A DNA stretch of 64,000 nucleotides from Candidatus Latescibacterota bacterium (GCA_965219455.1 OZ244744.1:5472001-5536000); one strand, 5' to 3'. Counted from the first letter of the stretch, positions 19,845 to 29,647 are shown. Notes: generated by a model from the sequence alone, not told the origin. Numbers and translations: made by a program.

Positions 19845-20384
19845 ACTACGAAATACGCGAAAAGACGCGAAACAGGGTTAGAGGTGGTGAACTACGAAAG
19901 ATACGAAATGACGCGAAAGGGGTGGTGTTGTATACGAAAAATACGAAAAAATGGGAAAGATGTGGTTTATAATTCGTTTACGAATCGTTCGTATTCCAGT
20001 CCTGGATGATGGCCGAAATTGACGAGCAGGCCGAGTTTCACTCCTGTTGATTTCACGTAGTTGATGACTTGTGCGCGATGTTCATCTTTCAATTGTTTCA
20101 CTGCCTTGATTTCCACAATAATTCTGTCGAAACAGAAAAAATCAGGCTGGTAAAACTGCTTCAACGCCTGTCCTTTGTAATGAAGTTTCAAATCTATTTT
20201 CTCCTTGTACGGGATCGCCGAAGAAGTGAATTCCATTGAAAGACACTCCTGGTAAACCGCTTCAAGAAAGCCGGCTCCTTTTTCTCTGTACACTTCAAAA
20301 CAGGCACCGATAATCCGATAGCTTTCCTCTTTGTAGACGATTTTTCCGGTCATACATTCCGCGCCCTTTCGCGACTTTCGTAGT
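19845..20384 (-). mobile_element. IR-bounded GxxExxY element (540 bp)
   Basis: ACTACGAAATACGCGAAAAGACGCGAAA at 19845-19872, with degenerate copies at 19890-19918 and ~19931-19952, and an inverted copy at 20357-20384, enclosing the GxxExxY gene. Confidence 0.7.
19967..20353 (-). CDS. GxxExxY protein (PD-(D/E)XK-like)
   Basis: GAGFLEAVYQECL, YQPDFFCFDRIIVEIKA, QVINY and GLLVNFG. Confidence 0.95.
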   Translation of the reverse strand: MTGKIVYKEESYRIIGACFEVYREKGAGFLEAVYQECLSMEFTSSAIPYKEKIDLKLHYKGQALKQFYQPDFFCFDRIIVEIKAVKQLKDEHRAQVINYVKSTGVKLGLLVNFGHHPGLEYERFVNEL

Positions 20385-20943
20385 TAATCAAGCCCATAGA
20401 GCAGATGATTCGGGGCTCCCGCGGTTCATCCTCCACCTCGAGAACGCGAGCCCCTCTTTACCGACGATTTTTCCAGTCATGCATTTCGCGTCTTTTCGCG
20501 ACTTTCGTAGTTAATCAAGCCCATCGAGCAGATGATTCGGGGCCCTACGTGGTTCATCCTCCACCTCGATAACGCAGACTCCTCTTTGCCGACGACTTTT
20601 CCAGTCATACATTTCGCGTCTTTTAGCAACTTTCGTAGTTAATCAAGCCCATCGAGCAGATGATTCGCGGCTCCTGCGGTTCATCCTCCACCTTGAGAAC
20701 GTGGACTCCTCTTTGCCGACGAGTTTTTCAGTCATGCATTTCGCGTCTTTTCGCGATTTTCGTAGTTAATCAAGCCCATGGAGCAGATGATTCGGGGCGC
20801 CCGCGGTTCATCCTCCACCTCGATAACGCGGTCTCCTCTTTGCCGACGATTTTTCCAGTCAAACATTCCGCGTCTTTTCGCGATTTTCGTAGTTAATCAA
20901 GCCCATCGAGCAGATGATTCGCGGTTCATCAGGTTCATCCTCA
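20326..20943. repeat. Tandem array of ~5 units, period 127/128 bp
   Basis: Units start at 20326, 20453, 20581, 20708 and 20835. The invariant core GTAGTTAATCAAGCCCAT starts at 20380, 20507, 20635, 20762 and 20889. Confidence 0.95.
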
Positions 20944-23900
20944 CCGTGGATGATGCAAAGCCGTCCATCCTCCCGCATTTCGATGACCAGTCCGGCGAGA
21001 TCATCGTCAGAGATTCCACTGCGCAATTGGCGGTTCAGCGTATCCACAGCGGATTGGCGCGGCGGATATCGGTATATCTCGCCCACTGCCCTGCGAAGTT
21101 GCTCTGTATCGAAGAGTGTGCCCTCGACCCTCTCGGCGTGATTCTTAAGCCGTTCATAGGTGCGGAAGCGCGCACCCGAGGGTCTTCCCAGTTGGCCCCC
21201 GACCTAATTCTCCTCCTTAGCTATGCGCTCAGCGGCTTTTCGTACAAGATCGTGATGGGTTTCGTGCCGGGGAAGCGCCGGTGTATTTGACTTGCATTCT
21301 GCTGCACGCAGAATTTCGAACTGGCTTTCCGTGACGCTGTACCCGTCCCGGTCCATCCACGCGAGGGCATCGTTGCCCTGTGTTGTACGCATGTATACAA
21401 GAACACCGTCCTGCCGGTCCTGTGTATGTACGCCGGATTTGGAGGAATGGACGACGTGAGGCATCTCCTCCACCTTTTTCTTCAGCGACGGATCAGCAGT
21501 CGTGGCGTTTCTCCAGATCTGGTAGGCATACGACGCAAGATCCACCTCGGAATCGTCATCGCCATCGAGGACTCCGGTCTGTTCGTTATATAGATCGACC
21601 ACCGCAAGAGTGTCCTCGTCCTCAAAAAAGGCTTCGTCGGTTCCCACCACTTCGGCGTTCTGTTCGAGGCGTTGCCGTACCCGGGCTCGCAGCCGAATCA
21701 GACGTTCGATGCCCTCCGCGGGTAGGAAGGAATAGCAGAGGATGTTCGGCGCCGATTGACCGATGCGGTCCACGCGTCCGGCTCTTTGGATCAGCCGGAT
21801 AATCGCCCACGGCAGGTCGTAATTTACGACAATGGCGCAGTCCTGAAGGTTCTGTCCCTCGCTCAACACATCCGTGGCAACCAGCACCCGGAGTTCCTCC
21901 TCCGGCGCGATCCGCCCACCTTTCTCGTTGCTTGTGGGACTGAATCGCCAGGCCAACCGCGTGGGATCCGTGGAGCCGCCAGTAACGCCCGAGAGACGTT
22001 CGACGCCTCCGTCCATTAATTGACGTTCCAGGTATTGCACCGTGTCCGCGAACTGCGTGAATACCAGAACCTTCTCACCTGGATGTTTATCCACAAGGAT
22101 CTTCTGCAGAGCGGCAAGCTTGGCGTCGTGTGACGGAATCCATTCACCGAAGTTCTCCAGCATTTCACGTAACGTTTTCGCATCCGACACCAGGGCTTGC
22201 CGAAGTGTCTCGTCGAAATGACGCGGGCTCAGCCAGCGAAATCGCCTTCTGTATCGTTCGCGGTAGGCATGGTAGACTCGTGCGGCGTGGCGCCGGAAAT
22301 CTTCTTCTGTTCTGAGAGATTTCCGAGCTGGAAATCCACCGTCCCCGTCTCCGTCGTCGTCAGAATCGTCGCCGGCAGCACCGTCCGAGTCCGCGTCGAA
22401 AGATTGAGGGTCCAGCAGCCCTGCGTCTGTCGTCCCGATCGGCAGATCCAGACCGTTTTCTATGGCATGGATAAAGATGAAATTCCTCAGTACGTGTCGC
22501 TCAACCGAGAGCTGGAACGAATGACCGCTGCTTTCAAGGCGTTTGAATAGGTTCGTCCGGCAGAATCCCATGAGGCGCCTGCCGGCGCGCGACAGGTCCT
22601 GCAGGATTCGATCCTCGGTCGACGATGGCGGCGGATCGGCCGCGGAGGTCAGGTAGTTTGCCAGACCGTAACGCGGGAGTTCTAACCCGTTAATGGCCGA
22701 TACCACATTGTCGTCAAAGAGCCGGGCGTATTGTTTGTCGATATCGAAGCCAACTGTCCTGGGAACGCGGACGGGGAAATAGGATCGCGTGCCGTCTTCG
22801 AATGTCAGATATCGTCGGCCATTAGCCGTATCCAGCGTGGCATAATTCTCCTGAATGAAGCTGCGAGTGCGTCGTACAAGGTACAGGCGCATCAATTCGC
22901 GCCAGTCGTCCGCATATTCAGATTGCTCGAATGCCGCGAGCGAACGGACGGGCGCCTGGTGGCGTCGGATGAACTCGGTTTCGCCGATCTCTCGCAACAG
23001 GCGTTCGGGACGAATGCCCAGGTCTTCATTCTCAGACACAAACAACCGGATCTGGTTTGAGAGATCCTGGTAGGTCTTGTTGTATGGCGTGGCGGAAAGC
23101 AGAATGCACTTGCTTTCATTCTCCGCGATGTATTCCTGGATTGCCCGGTATCGCTTGCCCTCACGGTTCCTTAGATTATGACTCTCGTCAATCACCACGA
23201 GGCGATACCGGCGCATGTCCGGAAGTTCGCGGGTCGCGCGGCTGATCGAAAGAACCCGGGCGCGCATCCGATACTCTTCGCGATAATCCTTCCACATCGG
23301 CACCAGGTTCTTGGGGCAGATAATCAGCGTTTCAACCCCATAATCATCTTCAAACACGCGCGCTAAAGCCGTGGCCATTAGCGTTTTACCGAGCCCAACG
23401 ACATCGCCAATAATGACGCCGCCGCGTTTGTTCAGGTGATGCGCGGCGATCTTCACGGCGGCCACATGGAAATCGAGAAGCTTATTCCCGAAATCTCTCG
23501 GTATACGGAATTCCGTCAGACCCGCTCGGGCTTCCTGGGACAGGTGATAAGCCATCTTCACGTAAATATGGTACGGTGGGATCAACCGCGGCCCCGCCCA
23601 ACTCTCGTCGATTATCTGCGCGAGTTCCTTAGAAATATCAACGCACCAGCGGTCCTGCCAGCGATCTTCAAACCATTTCGCGAGTTTCTCACAGGAATCG
23701 TGATCCAGAACATCCACGTTTAGTTCGCCCTGGCCGGAAAGACCGGATTGCGTAAGATTGCTGCTGCCCAGGTACCCCACTGAAGGGTTGACGGGATCCG
23801 GCCGGAACAGCATGTAGAGCTTGGCATGAAGCGGATGTCTGAGGAAGAGCTTGACCACGACCTTCTTGGCCTTGATTTGCCTCGACAACCTGCGGAGTCC

Positions 23901-24242
23901 TGCCTCGTCCACGTTGCTAGGTGCGCCCGTCGCCAATTGGTCCCTGAACTGTTCCGCGAGCTTTTTCTTTTCTTGATTGACCTTCTGATTGTCGAGTTCC
24001 TCATTTTTTGCAATCAAACTCCTTGTATTTCGAAACTGCTCGTGAGGCGATCCATGCATGCCTACAAGCAGGCGGCAGCAGTTTCCTTCCCCACCCTGCC
24101 ATCTCTCAACATATTCATCGATCGCCCGCCAACCTCGCAAATTGAAGTAGCCCACACAGAAATCTGCGCGGTCAGAAACCGCCATTGTTTCCGCCAAAGC
24201 CAGCAAGAGACGCTGTTCAATATTGTCGAAAATCCGTGGCAT
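20859..24242 (-). pseudogene. PLD-nuclease + SF2 (SNF2-like) helicase, interrupted by in-frame TAG at 21204-21206
   Basis: LHAKLY...GSSNLT (PLD), DVVGLGKT, IDESHN, LSATP, LSEGQNLQ and QRAGRVDRIG. The reading continues in frame as EEN*VGGQLGRPSGARFRTYERLK...RIICSMGLIN. Confidence 0.88.
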
Positions 24243-24301
24243 CAGGCCTTCTTTCTATAGTCTCAGGTCTGTATCGCATCTGACAGCCAGAATTCGGCAA
24301 T

Positions 24302-24334
24302 ACCAGATATAGGCAAGTATCTGGTGTATGTCAA
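24302..24334 (-). promoter_or_regulatory. Putative sigma70 promoter with overlapping palindromic operator upstream of the helicase
   Basis: TTGACA (24329-24334)-17 nt-TATATC (24306-24311); inverted repeat ACCAGATA-N8-TATCTGGT at 24302-24325. Confidence 0.6.
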
Positions 24335-24677
24335 CCGGCCAGTGACAAGCCATTAAACCCAATCAACTATTAAATTCCTGATATCAATTCACTTAAAGTC
24401 AATTTCCGTGGCTTACTGGCCTGACAACGCGTCCATACTCACACACTATAGACCCTTGGGAAAACGTCGGCGCAGATTGCAAATGTTCGTCAGGCGCATA
24501 AAAAGAAACAGCCATTCAAACACGAATTTGAGTGGCTGTTGCCCGAGATCAAATACAATTGTGAGGGGCTGCTGGGGATGGGAGCGAAATCCGATAAGTC
24601 AATTTAGCAGAGCAATCGTTACACCGGACGGGAGAGCGGTTTCAGTACCTGAAAATCCTATTGATACAACCATATCG

Positions 24678-25256
24678 TTAGCCATTGTTGCCCCTTTGCA
24701 GGAACTGGATCCCCGAATCACTTATCTCCCAAATTCCTCGACGGCTATCACTGCGCAATAGACCTCTCTCTACCAACGTATTGCGTGCCCAAGCTGCGGT
24801 ATTACGCCAGCGCGGCATATCTGCGGTAGAAGCGAGGGGCTTGAAGTCAATGTCCCTCAGCGTATCCTTCATACGCTGGAGGACGCGCTCAAGTACTTCC
24901 GACATTGGCGCCGATCCACCCGAATCGTTGAGTGCTTCAAGTATGGGACGATAGTAACAATCCACTGGAGTACGCTTTCCTCGCGGAAGGCGGATCCGGC
25001 CTTCGACCGAGGTTCCCTTACTTGCCTTGCGCCGATCTCCGCGGAAGAGAGTCTCCCACTCGCCTCGTATAGTAGCGATCCTGTCGCGGAGGTTTTTGAT
25101 CTTTGCCGCACGCTCAAGAGCGTCTCTCGCCTTCTCGTATTCACCAACTTCGAAAGTGCGCGCGCCATCTTGGTTCACGAACTCTATCTCTGCTTCAATC
25201 TCTTCGAGTACAATGTCGAGCGCAGCCAGCACGTTAGTACGATTATCTTCGTTCAT
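24678..25256 (-). CDS. Mrr N-terminal winged-helix domain protein (no nuclease domain)
   Basis: YYRPILEALNDSGGSA...PRWRNTAAWARNTLVERGLLRSDSRRGIWEISDSG. Confidence 0.85.
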   Translation of the reverse strand: MNEDNRTNVLAALDIVLEEIEAEIEFVNQDGARTFEVGEYEKARDALERAAKIKNLRDRIATIRGEWETLFRGDRRKASKGTSVEGRIRLPRGKRTPVDCYYRPILEALNDSGGSAPMSEVLERVLQRMKDTLRDIDFKPLASTADMPRWRNTAAWARNTLVERGLLRSDSRRGIWEISDSGIQFLQRGNNG

Positions 25257-25315
25257 TGTCGCCTCCTTCTGATGGCGAACGCAAATTGCCGGAGGATACC
25301 ACTTCTCACTATAAC

Positions 25316-25525
25316 TTATTCAACAACAGGGACTTGAATCTCATATCGCATACCATTGTACACCACGTTATGATTGACAGGTAGAAAATTCTTGTCTTGC
25401 TCGACACCATCCTCAAGGGCCGCATGCGCCCTTGCAAGGTTCGGAAAGGACCAGGCTATTTGCTCACCGACTGTCCTGGGTACTGGTATGGCCGTTTTCG
25501 TCTCCATCCAATTTCTGTCAGACAA
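25316..25525 (-). CDS. Small hypothetical protein
   Basis: ORF co-oriented between neighbouring genes; no recognised motif. Confidence 0.3.
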   Translation of the reverse strand: MSDRNWMETKTAIPVPRTVGEQIAWSFPNLARAHAALEDGVEQDKNFLPVNHNVVYNGMRYEIQVPVVE

Positions 25526-25558
25526 CCGCCAATCCGTCAGTCCGGCCTATCCGTATCG

Positions 25559-26011
25559 TCAGCCGCTGCTTCTGTCAAACTCCAAGCTGCCGGCCTGTTG
25601 ATAGAGTTCGGCCAAAGCGTCTTCGGCTTTTTCATAAGTCTCTCGCAGCGTTCGGTCTTTCCTTATAAGTGGATGGCTGCCAATGAATTGATAGATGTAG
25701 TCCACCGCGACGGAGGCTCGATCCATGAGTTCGAAATAGTGGCCGTCGTTTATTGCGTTATCCGAATCTTCGGGAAAAAGGGTTGATCCACCGTCTGTTG
25801 TATTTTCTTCAAGTATCGGGAAGCGGAATGCCTGGAGAAAATACCTTATGTCTTCTCTTAATTCATGAGGGGTTTCCCCCATAGGTTCGACCGGTTCTTC
25901 CGTCCAGTTCTCTATGCTGCCGTCTTCGCCGTAATAAACCTCGTGGACACAATACGTCACCGAGTCGGTTTCGGTATGACGCTTCCTGATGACCCTGTAG
26001 TCCCACGTCAT
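25559..26011 (-). CDS. Hypothetical protein (WxYRV...HEVYY family)
   Basis: MTWDYRVIRK...VHEVYY...WTEEPVEP; AGGAG SD upstream. Confidence 0.75.
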   Translation of the reverse strand: MTWDYRVIRKRHTETDSVTYCVHEVYYGEDGSIENWTEEPVEPMGETPHELREDIRYFLQAFRFPILEENTTDGGSTLFPEDSDNAINDGHYFELMDRASVAVDYIYQFIGSHPLIRKDRTLRETYEKAEDALAELYQQAGSLEFDRSSG

Positions 26012-26138
26012 TTCTTTTCTCCTGTGGCGACCGGATTCACCGCCGGCGCCGAGGTAGACGTGCTACGCTTGACTGCACGGGTGACGACAACCCGGTTGAC
26101 CGTCTCCTTAGACGATGCTCTCGTCAGCGGCCGCGCCG

Positions 26139-27317
26139 CTACAGATCCGCCGGCATCTGGCCAGACGGGCGGTCCGGACCCGGGCGGAAGTCTGGAACCT
26201 TCATGAGCTTGCCGCCGTCTTCAATCGAATCGTACGCCCGGATGGCGGGCGCGATTGTCTCCATCGCCCTGTAGACATCCAGCGTTAGCGGCTTGCCCTC
26301 ACGAACGGCATCCCTGAAATGCGCGTGTACGTAGTAGTCGGCATCCCCGTGGCCGCTGCCCCGGGCCTCTGAAGGCGCATCCGTACGCTGATACTGCCAG
26401 TCCACCTCCGCCCAGTCGTTCATTTGCGTATCGGCGAACCACACCTTGGGCTTCTCCTGGAGCGACCGCCGCCATTCCATGCTGCCCTTCGTGCCGATGA
26501 ATTGCCACCAGTGGTGGTCGCCGTGCGGCCTGGGCTGCGTAAACCCGCACAGCATGCGAATCAACGTGTCCTTCTCCGTCTTCATCAATGCCACCTGAAT
26601 ATCGGGGCGGGAGATCTGTGGCCAGGCGTAGCTGGGCTGCTTCGTACTCATCCCCACCACCTCCACCACCCGATCGTCCAGAACTTTCAGCACCACGGAC
26701 ATATCGTGCGAACCGATACCTCCAACGATTACGGGGAGAGAGTGCAGCACCGTCGGTTCGGCTTCGGGATGGTCGGGCAGCGCCCCGACCGGATACTGCC
26801 TGCCGGTTTTGAAATCCTGGAAATACTGATGGGTGCCGTACCACCCCACATACTGGCCCTCGGCGTACGTAATCTTGCCCAGTCGTCCCTCTGCCACCTG
26901 GCGCCGCCAGCCTTCTACGACCCCCCAGAATCGCGTCTGCTCAGCCAGGCTGTACACCAGCCCCGTCCGCTCCACCTCGGTCACAATCCGCCAGCAGTCC
27001 GCCATTGTAAACGCCGCCGGCACCTCCGAGTTCACGTGTTTTCCCGCCTCCAGTGCCTGCGCCGCCATTGCCCCCACCTCCCTCTGCCTCACGCACAGGC
27101 CAACCGCTTCCATCCCATCGTAAGTCAGGAATTCCTCGTAATTCGCGAACGCCTTTACATCGTCGCCGTAGCGGATCGCCCCCAGCGACCGCTCCTGCAG
27201 CGGCTCAATCCAGTCGTAGATCGCGGTGATCCGGTAACCGGGGATCTCCTGCAACAATCGGATCCAGTTCAGGGCGCGATGGCCCAGCCCGGCAATTCCA
27301 ATGCGTATCTCGTCCAT
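26139..27317 (-). CDS. Gfo/Idh/MocA family oxidoreductase
   Basis: IRIGIAGLG, ALEAGKHVNSEVP and LGKITYAEGQY; GGAGG SD before ATG 27317. Confidence 0.9.
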   Translation of the reverse strand: MDEIRIGIAGLGHRALNWIRLLQEIPGYRITAIYDWIEPLQERSLGAIRYGDDVKAFANYEEFLTYDGMEAVGLCVRQREVGAMAAQALEAGKHVNSEVPAAFTMADCWRIVTEVERTGLVYSLAEQTRFWGVVEGWRRQVAEGRLGKITYAEGQYVGWYGTHQYFQDFKTGRQYPVGALPDHPEAEPTVLHSLPVIVGGIGSHDMSVVLKVLDDRVVEVVGMSTKQPSYAWPQISRPDIQVALMKTEKDTLIRMLCGFTQPRPHGDHHWWQFIGTKGSMEWRRSLQEKPKVWFADTQMNDWAEVDWQYQRTDAPSEARGSGHGDADYYVHAHFRDAVREGKPLTLDVYRAMETIAPAIRAYDSIEDGGKLMKVPDFRPGPDRPSGQMPADL

Positions 27318-27372
27318 CGTAGTCCCTCCGTCGCCATAGAGGCGCCCCGTGCCCCGGGACCTCGAGTGCGAA

Positions 27373-27870
27373 CTATTCCAGTTCACCCACGGAAAGCGAC
27401 CGGACTGTCACCGTCGATCCCCACGCCGGGCCAATACCCACCGGGCCCATCAGACCCCGGTAGTTGATCCGGTGAAATTCGTCCCCGGTCTCACCCGCGT
27501 TCGTATACCGAAGCTCATCGTCAACCATAACCTGCATGTGGTCCTCCCGGATCACCCACGTCACCCTCATCCATGTATCTTCTGGAATTCGACCCTGATC
27601 CTTCACGTGAAACGCATGGCCGTAAACCGGTTCGTAACACGCCATCTGCCCAGGCGAAGCCTCCCAGTTGAAGATAATATGACCCTTGGCAAAATGCAGT
27701 CGCAGGTTCGTCGAATCCGTCTTCGCCACCGCCACGATTCTCAGCGGCACGGTGTAAGTTCCCGGTGTCCGGGCATAACCGTATCCGGAAAGCCTGAGGT
27801 GTCCTCCATCCGAACTGACGCTGCATTCACTGACCGGCAACATTTCAGAAAGTAAGATCTCTGCCATCAC
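27373..27870 (-). CDS. Hypothetical beta-rich (ConA-like?) protein
   Basis: Co-oriented ORF with SD; beta-strand-like pattern. Confidence 0.6.
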   Translation of the reverse strand: MMAEILLSEMLPVSECSVSSDGGHLRLSGYGYARTPGTYTVPLRIVAVAKTDSTNLRLHFAKGHIIFNWEASPGQMACYEPVYGHAFHVKDQGRIPEDTWMRVTWVIREDHMQVMVDDELRYTNAGETGDEFHRINYRGLMGPVGIGPAWGSTVTVRSLSVGELE

Positions 27871-27949
27871 TGATTCCTTTAACCGTTTCTGCGCGAACGT
27901 CTTCAGTTTAACGGTTACAACCGGATGACCCTTTCACACCGATCCACCG

Positions 27950-29053
27950 TCACCCTGTCCCGGCTACCAGAACCGGACCGGCAAACAACGCTTCCGGAAG
28001 CAAGCTCGCCGTTGCGCTTGAATGGGCATGGTCGAAGCCATCGGTGGTGACCTGGGCCATCGCCGTGTAAAATGCGCCCTCTCCGCTGACTCCGCTGCGG
28101 TTTCCACCACTATGTCCCCGAAGCCACTTCGGATCGACCAACTGCTCGCCCTTCCACATTCCCTGTGTCGCCAGCAGATGCCCGAAACGGGCGATATCCG
28201 ACGGACTCATCACCACCCAGCCCGGACCGCTTCGCACCGGGTGTCCGTTGATTTCATAGGGCGGATCGAGATACGTATACGAATCCGGAATGTCCGGATA
28301 AAAGTACTTGCTTTCACTCATCGTCCTTCCCGTGTACCAGTCCCAACGTGCCGCCGGAATCCCGATCTTACCGAACAGCCGCTCATCCAGCACCTCTTTG
28401 AGGTCCCGGCCCCAAACAAAGGTCAGGGCCTGGCCCAGCCGCCAGAACCCGGCGCTGCTATAGCGTTCAACAGTGCCGGGTACCACGTGGGAATAGATGT
28501 CGTAGAAAGGGTCCCCGGTCCAGGTCGCCCACGCAGGCCACCATTTGTCCGACTCCTCTCCGGGGCGACCCTCACGTCCCTTGGCCCATTCGTTTCCCAG
28601 TTCCATGGGAAACCCTCCCTCGTGCGTGCCCCCTTCCTTCGGGCCGATGAGATGGCGCCACGTGAGCGTTTCGTGGTGTCCCCGGTTAAGAATCTTGTGC
28701 GGATGTGAAAGCTCACCTTCACCGGTCCAGGTCCTGTGGATCGGCTCATCAGGGTGCAGCATCCCCTCTTCCACCGCAAATCCGATCAGCACCCACATAA
28801 ACGCCTTGCCCATCGAGGCCGTCTGGAACCGGTAATGCCGGTCACCCCAGGCATGCACCAGGTACCCTCCGCGCGTGAGCATGGTCCCCCATTTGTTCCC
28901 GGTATGGTCCTCGCCGCCAAAGGACGCGCCCTTTATGTCCAATCCTGAGAGGAAGCGGTCGAATTTCTCCTCATCCAGCCCGGCTTCAGCGGGCGTAATC
29001 GCGATCCAGTCGTCCTGCGGATAGGTCACCCATTCAGGGATCTCACGTCCCAC
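27950..29053 (-). CDS. Serine hydrolase, beta-lactamase-like
   Basis: ASMGK (SxxK), YSS, MSPSDIARFGHL and GHSGG. Confidence 0.8.
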   Translation of the reverse strand: MGREIPEWVTYPQDDWIAITPAEAGLDEEKFDRFLSGLDIKGASFGGEDHTGNKWGTMLTRGGYLVHAWGDRHYRFQTASMGKAFMWVLIGFAVEEGMLHPDEPIHRTWTGEGELSHPHKILNRGHHETLTWRHLIGPKEGGTHEGGFPMELGNEWAKGREGRPGEESDKWWPAWATWTGDPFYDIYSHVVPGTVERYSSAGFWRLGQALTFVWGRDLKEVLDERLFGKIGIPAARWDWYTGRTMSESKYFYPDIPDSYTYLDPPYEINGHPVRSGPGWVVMSPSDIARFGHLLATQGMWKGEQLVDPKWLRGHSGGNRSGVSGEGAFYTAMAQVTTDGFDHAHSSATASLLPEALFAGPVLVAGTG

Positions 29054-29473
29054 GTTATTGTCCCCTCCCGTTGAGCTTCACAAAAGTCGGTCTATCAATG
29101 GTGGCGATTCCTCCATCGGGCAACATATATGCCCTCACCAGAAATCTGATGTAAAGCGTGATTCAGGGCGAAGCGGCTCAGGATTGCGTTCAACCGATTG
29201 AAATTCACTCATTCCTTCGATCCTAAGGTAGAAACTCCCGAGATCCACTCTACGCAATCAGCAGTCACGCTCGAAGCAAGCCTGTCGAAATGCCTGCGCC
29301 TCGGGACACTTTGATAACCCTGTTCCGACCCTTCGACAAGCTCAGGGAGCGGCCCAGGGTGCACGCAGCCATCCGTAAATGCCGCCGCCTGACGAGGGAC
29401 CGGACATGCTGCCTGTCAGGCCGATCCCAGTGAGAGAGGCCTGGACATCATCCAAGGCTACAATCCGCCCATC

Positions 29474-29511
29474 AAAAGAAACGGCCATTTATACACGAAT
29501 GTCAAATGGCC
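29474..29511 (-). terminator. Intrinsic terminator downstream of tRNA-Gly
   Basis: GGCCATTT...AAATGGCC followed by GTTTCTTTT on the minus strand. Confidence 0.55.
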
Positions 29512-29542
29512 ATTTATTGCATTGTAAACGCGGGATTTAAAG

Positions 29543-29618
29543 TGGAGCGGGAAACGGGACTCGAACCCGCGACATCAAGCTTGGGAAGCTTGTGCTCTAC
29601 CTACTGAGCTATTCCCGC
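29543..29618 (-). tRNA. tRNA-Gly (CCC)
   Basis: GCGGGAATAGCTCAGTAGGTAGAGCACAAGCTTCCCAAGCTTGATGTCGCGGGTTCGAGTCCCGTTTCCCGCTCCA folds as a 76-nt cloverleaf with anticodon CCC and encoded CCA. Confidence 0.97.
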
Positions 29619-29647
29619 CCCATATATATCGGAATCTACCAACTCCC

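Noticed and set aside
20326-20943. CRISPR array
   Set aside because: Units are similar along their whole 127 bp with no unique spacers, they derive from the neighbouring genes, and no cas genes are present.
21204-21206. Pyrrolysine or alternative genetic code readthrough
   Set aside because: TAG terminates several intact genes in this window and no pyl genes are visible.
29387-29420. Hammerhead ribozyme (CTGACGA core)
   Set aside because: There is no GAAA after a stem II; the segment instead pairs as CCTGAC/GTCAGG.
29054-29618. Integrase-driven island or prophage attached at tRNA-Gly
   Set aside because: No integrase, phage genes or duplicated tRNA 3' end were seen in the window.
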